The notes beneath the pieces are model-generated. The model was not told the DNA's origin, made no database searches, and worked only from the letters and a program-made list of their open reading frames with translations. 64,000 nucleotides of DNA from Myxococcales bacterium (GTDB taxonomy: Bacteria > Myxococcota_A > Polyangia > Polyangiales > DASUME01). The stretch lies in the NCBI GenBank assembly GCA_047601445.1, contig JASGJH010000001.1:4928001-4992000 (forward strand), read 5' to 3'. Below, piece by piece: positions 58,071 to 64,000 of the stretch. The position numbers and the translations under genes are program-made. How positions within the stretch are numbered: position 1 is the stretch's first letter; every line of letters starts with the position of its first letter.

Positions 58071-59218
58071 GGCAAGGCACTCGCGGAGCCGGGGGAGCCG
58101 GCAGAGCTGATGTTGGCGGAACCGGCGGCGCCGGTGGAGCTGGTGTTGGCAGAAGGGGCGGAGCCGGGGGAGCTCATGGAGCCGGCTGAACCCAGCGTCG
58201 CGGGGGCCGGCGTCCCGAGGAACTTGAGCGGGCCCTCGAGGGCCCAACGGCTGATCTTCACGTCGCCCTCGTGGATGAGGTGATCGAGATCGGGCCGGAA
58301 GTCCGCATCGACCAGGGGACCGTCGGTCTGGAAGTCGAGCACCTTGGCGCCGAAGGGCGCCGCGCGCTTCTCGAGGTAGGCCTTGAAACGGTCGGTGACG
58401 GCCAGGGTCTCCGCGTTCTGCGCCTTGGGAATCACGGGCCAGATCACGAAGGTGACCTGGACGTTGCGCGCCTGGGCGAACTCCATCATCCGGTCGAGCG
58501 CGGGCTCCTGTTCACGCACGATGCACTTGGGGTGCGTCATGTCGCCCTCTTTGATCATGTCGATCCAGCCGACCAACGTGGCGTCTGCCACGGCTTGCTT
58601 GTCGGCTTCGCTCTTGGGGCTGAAGCGCTCGCGCACGTCGCGGAAGATGCGGAACACGCCGCGGTCGCGCACCAGCGCGGAGCCCGTGGTGAGCTCGTTC
58701 CAGCGCTGGTCTACGTAGTTGGCGTTGAAGGGTGTGGAGCCATTGACCGCGAAGTCGGCCACGTAGTCGCCGAGGTCCCAGGCGCGCGCGGGGAGGTTGG
58801 GATAGAGCTCGTCGTTGCCGCAGATGTCCCAGTAGTTGGTGACCACCACCATGTGCTTGAGCTTGGGTCGAACCAACGCGCCCTGAGCGTTCTTCTCGTC
58901 GATCATCGGCTGCAGTCGGTGCGTGAGCAGCCAGGTGTAAGCCAGGAAGCGTCCACCCTCGATGGGCACCACCGAGAGGTCGAGCGGACGGGCGGCCTCT
59001 TTGTACATGCCCGCGAGCGGGATGAAGGAGCGCACGTAGCTCGAGCCGAGCACCAGTACATCGGGGTTGGCGTCGTGGTAGTCGTCGATGGATTCTGCGG
59101 TCTCGTATTCGGCGGCCGGGATGCGCGCGATGCGCCCGAGGGCGACGTCCGCCAGCGCCACGAAAGCGACGGCGGAGAGCGCGACCACCAAAAGAGATTT
59201 GACAGAGCCGCTCGCCAT
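58067..59218 (-). CDS. Membrane-anchored SGNH-like protein (DltD/AlgJ-like)
   Basis: N-terminal TM helix, 'VLVLGSS' nucleophile block and 'DLDHL' (DxxH); low-complexity tail; ATGA overlap with the MBOAT gene. Start 59218 or 59227. Confidence 0.7.
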   Translation of the reverse strand: MASGSVKSLLVVALSAVAFVALADVALGRIARIPAAEYETAESIDDYHDANPDVLVLGSSYVRSFIPLAGMYKEAARPLDLSVVPIEGGRFLAYTWLLTHRLQPMIDEKNAQGALVRPKLKHMVVVTNYWDICGNDELYPNLPARAWDLGDYVADFAVNGSTPFNANYVDQRWNELTTGSALVRDRGVFRIFRDVRERFSPKSEADKQAVADATLVGWIDMIKEGDMTHPKCIVREQEPALDRMMEFAQARNVQVTFVIWPVIPKAQNAETLAVTDRFKAYLEKRAAPFGAKVLDFQTDGPLVDADFRPDLDHLIHEGDVKISRWALEGPLKFLGTPAPATLGSAGSMSSPGSAPSANTSSTGAAGSANISSAGSPGSASALP

Positions 59219-59238
59219 GAAAACCATTCTCCCGGCGC

Positions 59239-60204
59239 ATGGAAGCTAAAGACGACGCCGACGACCACAGTGTTTGGGCAGCGTTCGCCGCCTCGGCCAT
59301 CGACCCCAAGGTCGATGCGTTCAACCGGATGACCGCCCAAGCGCTCAGTCAGGTCGCGCCACTATACACGAAATCCATCGCCGTAGCTCGCCAGGAACGC
59401 GCCGATTGGACGCGGATTTCCGCGGTATCGGACGCATTTTGGCTCGATGTTCCGGAGGCCCGCAGCGCGCTCCGTGTGAGGGTGTTGCGCGCGAACTCGG
59501 CCAAGGCCGTGTACCTCCACGTGCATGGCGGAGGTTGGGTGCTCGGTGGAGCAGATCACCAAGACGGCCTGCTCGACGAGCTGCGCGTCCGGGCCGGTGT
59601 CAGCGTGGTGTCGGTGGAGTACCGGCTGGCACCTGAGCACCCGTTTCCCGCGGCGCTGGACGACGTCGAAGACGCGCTGCGCTGGGTATTGCAGGATGGC
59701 GCACAGAGTTTTGGCACTCGTCTCGTTATCGTGGGCGGCGAATCGGCCGGCGCGAACTTGGTTGTTTCGGCTCTGACCCGCCTGCGCGGACACCCGGCGT
59801 TCTCGGGCGTGGTGGCGGCCTGTCTTCACTACGGCACCTTCGATCTGATGGGGACCCCGAGTCTGTGGACGGCCGCGCCCGGCACGCCCTTCCTCGATCC
59901 CGCTCTGAGCAAATGGTTTCGTGAGCACTACGCGCATCCGGACCGGCACCGTGACCCGGAAGTCTCACCCATGTACGCGGATCTTACTGGCCTTCCCCCC
60001 GCTCAGTTTCTGATCGGTACGGTGGACGTGGTCCGCGACGATACCTTGTTCATGTGGGCCCGCTGGCGCGCCGCGGGCAATCGCGCGGAACTCGTGGCCT
60101 TGCCGGGCGGCCTGCACGGTCTCCTGGAAATGCGAACACCCCTCACGAAGCTCGGCCGCGAACGCGTGGTGAGCTTCATGCGACGCGCGGTCGCCGGCGA
60201 GTGA
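59239..60204 (+). CDS. Alpha/beta hydrolase, HSL esterase family
   Basis: HGGGW, 'YRLAPEHPFP', GESAG, and Asp/His in 'VDVVRDD' and 'GLHG'. The start may be later (59329). Confidence 0.9.
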   Translation: MEAKDDADDHSVWAAFAASAIDPKVDAFNRMTAQALSQVAPLYTKSIAVARQERADWTRISAVSDAFWLDVPEARSALRVRVLRANSAKAVYLHVHGGGWVLGGADHQDGLLDELRVRAGVSVVSVEYRLAPEHPFPAALDDVEDALRWVLQDGAQSFGTRLVIVGGESAGANLVVSALTRLRGHPAFSGVVAACLHYGTFDLMGTPSLWTAAPGTPFLDPALSKWFREHYAHPDRHRDPEVSPMYADLTGLPPAQFLIGTVDVVRDDTLFMWARWRAAGNRAELVALPGGLHGLLEMRTPLTKLGRERVVSFMRRAVAGE

Positions 60205-60260
60205 ACGGGGCGCGCTCCCATGCGTGCCACTTTGCCGCTGCGGAAGCTCCGAAAGCTCCG

Positions 60261-60321
60261 TCGTACGCGTGCCCGTGCCCGTACGCGAAAAACGAGAGAT
60301 CGGGCACGGGCACGCGTACGA
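60261..60321. repeat. Perfect 21-bp inverted repeat between convergent genes
   Basis: TCGTACGCGTGCCCGTGCCCG, a 19-nt loop, then CGGGCACGGGCACGCGTACGA. Confidence 0.9.
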
Positions 60322-60355
60322 TCAGAAGGTACCGCTAGCCTAGGGGCAGCGACCC

Positions 60356-61384
60356 CTAGTGCGCGGGCTCGGGCGTCTCGCGTCCGAGCAGCTTCTTGAT
60401 GGTGCGCTTGAGGGCCGCGGCGTTGTTGCGCAGCTTGCGCTCCTGGAAGTGATTCTCACCAAAGCGATCACCCAGGAACGACTTGAGCTTTCCGTCGGCC
60501 AAGAGGAACGCGTGCAGGAGCTTCTTGCGCGTTTCGCTCGGGTAGTCGTGCAGCACTTCCTTGGCCACGCCTTCCCAGTGGGCGAGGTTGGCGAAGGTGG
60601 ACGAGACCGCGATGGAGATGGAGACCATGCGCGTGGCGTGCCACCAACCTTCGGGCACGTACACGGCTTCGCCGGGCTCCTGCACGAAGCGGATGGGCGT
60701 GGCCTTCTTGAACAGCGGGAAACGCTCGAAGTCCGGGTTTTCCAGGTTCGGGATGCGCGAGAGGCGACCGTCAGCGTAGAGATAGGGCGTGTCGACTGGG
60801 TCGAACATCCAGAAGCCCTTCTTGCCGTAGACCTGGCACAGCAGCACGGGGCAGGCGCTCGGGTCGTAGTGCAGGTCCGCGTAACCCTGGATGAACGCGC
60901 CGTGCACGCCGGCGTAGGCCCCCTGCTCGTCCGCCACGCGGCGCTCGAGGCGCGTGCCGGGTCCGCCGATGAAGAGCTCCGGTTCCGAGGCGCGGTTCAT
61001 GTGGTGGTCGACGCCCCAGTCGGGGTAGTAGCCGCGCAACCAGTTGGGCAACGCGTACTGCACGAAGGGCTGCAGGTCTTCACCGAGCTCCGGGGCGAAC
61101 TCGCGGATCACGCACTCGCGCAGGTAGGGCGCGGGCTTGTCGGGCGTGGCGGCTTCGACGGACTTGATGTAGTCGCCCATCTTCATGGACTTGCCACCGA
61201 GCGTCACGGTGCGGTGGCCGTGCTCGCTACGGAAGAACTCGGGCGACCACTTGCCGAGCGCCTTCCACTCCGGGAAGGCGTTGCGGATCACCACGGGGCG
61301 CTGGGCTTTGGCGTACTCGTTGATGAAGTCCGTATAGGAAAGCCGATCTCGTACGTCGATCTTGCCGGCAAGCACTTCCGTCAT
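60356..61384 (-). CDS. JmjC/cupin-8 2-oxoglutarate Fe(II) oxygenase
   Basis: 'QRPVVIR..WKA..KWS', 'LFIGG', 'LHYD' (HxD), 'QVYGKK', 'PGEAVYVPEGWWH'. GAGGAG RBS before the ATG at 61384. Confidence 0.88.
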   Translation of the reverse strand: MTEVLAGKIDVRDRLSYTDFINEYAKAQRPVVIRNAFPEWKALGKWSPEFFRSEHGHRTVTLGGKSMKMGDYIKSVEAATPDKPAPYLRECVIREFAPELGEDLQPFVQYALPNWLRGYYPDWGVDHHMNRASEPELFIGGPGTRLERRVADEQGAYAGVHGAFIQGYADLHYDPSACPVLLCQVYGKKGFWMFDPVDTPYLYADGRLSRIPNLENPDFERFPLFKKATPIRFVQEPGEAVYVPEGWWHATRMVSISIAVSSTFANLAHWEGVAKEVLHDYPSETRKKLLHAFLLADGKLKSFLGDRFGENHFQERKLRNNAAALKRTIKKLLGRETPEPAH

Positions 61385-61484
61385 GACTGTCCGCTCCTCG
61401 AAATCCGAAGCTCGCTGTGCTCCGTGAAAAACTGCCGCAGAAGATAGCTCGCGGCCGTGAACCACGAAAGCTGGTTGCCTTCGT

Positions 61485-61561
61485 GCGCGAAGCGAACCTC
61501 GCGGTGGGGTGGGCCCCGGCACGGCTTGGCCGCGACGGGCGGGAGGTCGCGTGACCTCCCC
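61485..61561 (-). repeat. Diverged single copy of the 75-bp core element from 13789-14069
   Basis: The minus strand reads GGGGAGGTCACGCGACCTCCCGCCCGTCGCGGCCAAGCCGTGCCGGGGCCCACCCCACCGCGAGGTTCGCTTCGCGC. Confidence 0.92.
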
Positions 61562-61566
61562 GAAAA

Positions 61567-62292
61567 TCAGGTGCCGGCGCGACGGAAGTAGGCGTGGTTG
61601 AATTCACCGGCGTAGAGCACGGAAATCTGCTCCGGCTTGTCCTTGATGAAGCGGTCGGCTCCGACGCGAACGCCAGGGTTCAGGTTCTCTGCATCGGGCG
61701 TCTCCGGGTGCCAGTAGTCGATGAACGAGCAGATGGCGCCCGGAGCCATGCGCGGGTAGAGGTGTGTGAGTACGGTCTCGATGGTCTTGGCGTGCTCTTC
61801 GGGGTCGCCGCCAAAGCCGCAATCGATGTGTGCGAAGGCGACGCGCTCCGGGAATTCCTGGGGAATCGTCTTGGCGAAGTCGCCCTGGTGAATCTGGGGC
61901 ACGGGCAGCGAACGCTCACGGAAGTTCTGCTCGAGGCGCGCGCGGGGATTGGGTTCGCTCCAGTTGGGTACGAAGCTGTCGTAGACGTGCATCGTGCGGG
62001 GAGCCTTGGCCTGGCCCTCGCCCTGCAGGATCTTGGTGATCAAGACGGCCGTCTGACCCGTGAACGTGCCGACTTCGATGAAGTCGCCCGGCACGTCGAA
62101 GGCCAGGAGCTGACTCACCATGTGATAGAGATTGATGCGCTGCTCGACGCAGGTCATGTAGCCGGTCACACCGGACGCGCGGACGTACATGCCGCGCCCC
62201 AGAGCCTTGAGCGCGCGGTTGACGAGCTTGACCCGGCGGCTTCCGCCATCGAAGGTCCAATCGAAATCACGTGTGATGAATAGGTTGTGCAT
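61567..62292 (-). CDS. TylF/MycF/NovP-like O-methyltransferase
   Basis: 'VPGDFIEVGTFTG', 'VYDSF', 'GDFAKTIP', 'AFAHIDC', 'LYPRMAPGA', 'GVRVGADRF'. Confidence 0.82.
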   Translation of the reverse strand: MHNLFITRDFDWTFDGGSRRVKLVNRALKALGRGMYVRASGVTGYMTCVEQRINLYHMVSQLLAFDVPGDFIEVGTFTGQTAVLITKILQGEGQAKAPRTMHVYDSFVPNWSEPNPRARLEQNFRERSLPVPQIHQGDFAKTIPQEFPERVAFAHIDCGFGGDPEEHAKTIETVLTHLYPRMAPGAICSFIDYWHPETPDAENLNPGVRVGADRFIKDKPEQISVLYAGEFNHAYFRRAGT

Positions 62293-62303
62293 GACTCTCG
62301 GAG

Positions 62304-64000
62304 CTACTCGGCTTCCACCAGGGGGAGTTGTTGTTCGAGGCGGACTCCGGCGAAGAAGCCGCCCTTGGCGTCCGACTCTTTTTCCAGGGAGCGCAGGGCG
62401 CGATCGAGCGAGGAGCGCACGCGCTGGGCGAGCGCGCGCACGTGGGGCTCGTCGAGCAGCGAAGCGTGATTGCCCGGCACCTCGATGACCTGGAGGGCGC
62501 CCTGGATGACTCCACCCCAACCGTTGTGCTCGTCGCGCATGTACTCGAAGTCACCGGCCGCACGGTTGGTGCGCACGCGGAACAGCACGGCGTCGCCAGG
62601 ATAGTTCGGCGGCGCGTAGCCCTGGATGGCGCGCGACCAGGCAGCTTCCACGCGTCCGCCGTCGAGGGAGCGCTCCCAGAGTCGGACCGCCACCGCTGGC
62701 GCATGGCGCTCGAGGAATTCCTTGCTGCGCTCCTCGACGCGGCGGCGTCCGAGCATCGTCACGTAGCGCGGACCCAGCTCCTGCAGGAGCGAGAAGTGCT
62801 CGGCCACGCGCTCGGGCCAGTCGAGCCCCTTGGTGGCGGGGTTCCAGGCGTCGAGGAAGAACAGCGGCGCCACCTTGCCCCCACCCTGCTGCAGCTTGAG
62901 GGCCATGTGGATGATGAGGGCGCCGCCCGCCGAGAAACCGGCCAAGAGGTAGGGTCCTCGCGGGCAAACCTTGCGCACCTCGGCCACGTACTCATCGACC
63001 ATGGCGTCGATGCTCTCGTGGGGCGCCATGATGCCGTCCACACCGCGCGACTGCAGTCCGTAGACGGGTTGATCGGGTCCGAGCGATATCGCCAAGTGAC
63101 GCAGGTTCATCACGTTGCCGCCACTGCCGCCCACGCAGAACAAGGGCGGGCGATGTCCGGCCGGCTGCATGGCCACCAGGCTCGACCAGGTGTACTCGCG
63201 CGGAGGCGGCGGCACGCTGTGGCCGTTGTTCGACTCCACGCGGGTCTCGACCTCGATGAGCTTCGCGAACTCGCGCACCGTGGGGGCTTTGATGAGCAGG
63301 GCCAGCGGGACCGGAATGCCGTAGGCAGCCTTGATCTTGGCGCTGACGCGCACCGCCGAGAGCGAGCTGCCGCCGAGATCGAAGAAGTTGTCCGTGGCCC
63401 CCACGCGGTCGAGGTTGAGCGCCTGGGCCCAGATCTTGGCGATGGCGCGCTCGATGCCCGCGTCGGGCTCGACGAAGTCGCGGCGGATCTCGCTGCGAGA
63501 AAGCACGTTGACCCCTACGTGCAGGGGCTCCGGAAGCTGCCCTACGACCGACTGCGCCGTGGACGAAGCCAGGTCGTCGAGCACGATGCGCGCGACCTCC
63601 TGGGCCGGCACGCCGCGGCGGATTTGGGCGGCCAGCGCGCGCGCGTTGCGGTCGGCGGCGGTACCCTCCTGCTCGATGGAGCGCGCCAGGGTCGCGTACA
63701 TGCCCTGATCCGAGACCAGGCCCAAGTCGAAGACCTGGGCCATCCCGTCCACGTGACGCGCGTTGGCGTCGGCGAACTCGGCTGCCGCGATGCTGGCGGA
63801 GAGGCCGGCGCGGGGCGAGAACCGCGCGGCGTTGCCGAAGCCCACCAGGAAGTCGAGCTCGTAGCGGATCACCTCACGCAACACGCGCCAGCCGTAGACC
63901 TCCGCGGCCAACGCATCATGGGCCTCACTGACGGTGCCGGTGGCGAGCAGCCACTCATCGAGCGTACCGGCGGCGTGGAACACGCCGTTGAGGGTGCCGA
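62304..64000 (-). CDS. 3' end of a modular PKS or PKS/NRPS hybrid: KR-like domain, carrier domain and thioesterase (partial)
   Basis: KR 'GVFHAAGTLD'; carrier 'IWAQAL..DRVG.TDNFFDLGGSSL'; TE 'PLFCV', 'VYGLQ', 'GPYLLAGFSAGG', 'VPGNH'. The frame is open to the window edge. Confidence 0.9.
   Translation of the reverse strand, partial: GTLNGVFHAAGTLDEWLLATGTVSEAHDALAAEVYGWRVLREVIRYELDFLVGFGNAARFSPRAGLSASIAAAEFADANARHVDGMAQVFDLGLVSDQGMYATLARSIEQEGTAADRNARALAAQIRRGVPAQEVARIVLDDLASSTAQSVVGQLPEPLHVGVNVLSRSEIRRDFVEPDAGIERAIAKIWAQALNLDRVGATDNFFDLGGSSLSAVRVSAKIKAAYGIPVPLALLIKAPTVREFAKLIEVETRVESNNGHSVPPPPREYTWSSLVAMQPAGHRPPLFCVGGSGGNVMNLRHLAISLGPDQPVYGLQSRGVDGIMAPHESIDAMVDEYVAEVRKVCPRGPYLLAGFSAGGALIIHMALKLQQGGGKVAPLFFLDAWNPATKGLDWPERVAEHFSLLQELGPRYVTMLGRRRVEERSKEFLERHAPAVAVRLWERSLDGGRVEAAWSRAIQGYAPPNYPGDAVLFRVRTNRAAGDFEYMRDEHNGWGGVIQGALQVIEVPGNHASLLDEPHVRALAQRVRSSLDRALRSLEKESDAKGGFFAGVRLEQQLPLVEAE

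Noticed and set aside
58075..58205. Repetitive Ser/Ala/Gly/Pro segment as an N-terminal extension of the MBOAT
   Set aside because: It is better explained as the low-complexity tail of the SGNH protein. The MBOAT starts at the ATGA overlap (58070) with a typical 'MSFSS..F' N-terminus.

Overview
High-GC chromosomal window whose gene content points to a myxobacterium (inferred from a large Ser/Thr kinase-ATPase, a DUF1592/DUF1552 pair, a groEL without adjacent groES and a minor-pilin/PilY1 cluster). From left to right: SAM methyltransferase, NADPH-dependent FMN reductase, an SbcD/YhaO-like nuclease with a YhaN-like ATPase, a kinase-AAA protein, HAD-UbiA prenyltransferase, GGDEF protein, a 103-bp tandem repeat, an acyltransferase-3, two giant TPR-DUF3857-transglutaminase paralogues (one with an intact triad, one without), a fimU-pilV-pilW-pilX-pilY1 cluster, tRNA-Leu(CAG), groEL, DUF1592/DUF1552, an M23 peptidase, ribokinase, an Omp85 barrel, a GntR regulator, a MoxR-DUF58-TgpA operon, glyoxalase I and a fatty-acid desaturase. 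The strongest candidate for an undescribed system is at 54.3-59.2 kb: a Dlt-like four-gene acyl-transfer operon (SGNH/DltD-like protein, MBOAT ending in FIYAQF, carrier protein) in which the activating enzyme is an acetoacetate-CoA-ligase-family protein rather than a D-alanine ligase. It lies just downstream of the end of a PKS cluster (degenerate KR-carrier-TE, TylF-like O-methyltransferase, JmjC oxygenase). Several structured intergenic repeat families are also present, including a three-hairpin element with compensatory changes between distant copies. All family assignments come from motifs read by eye; no database searches were run.
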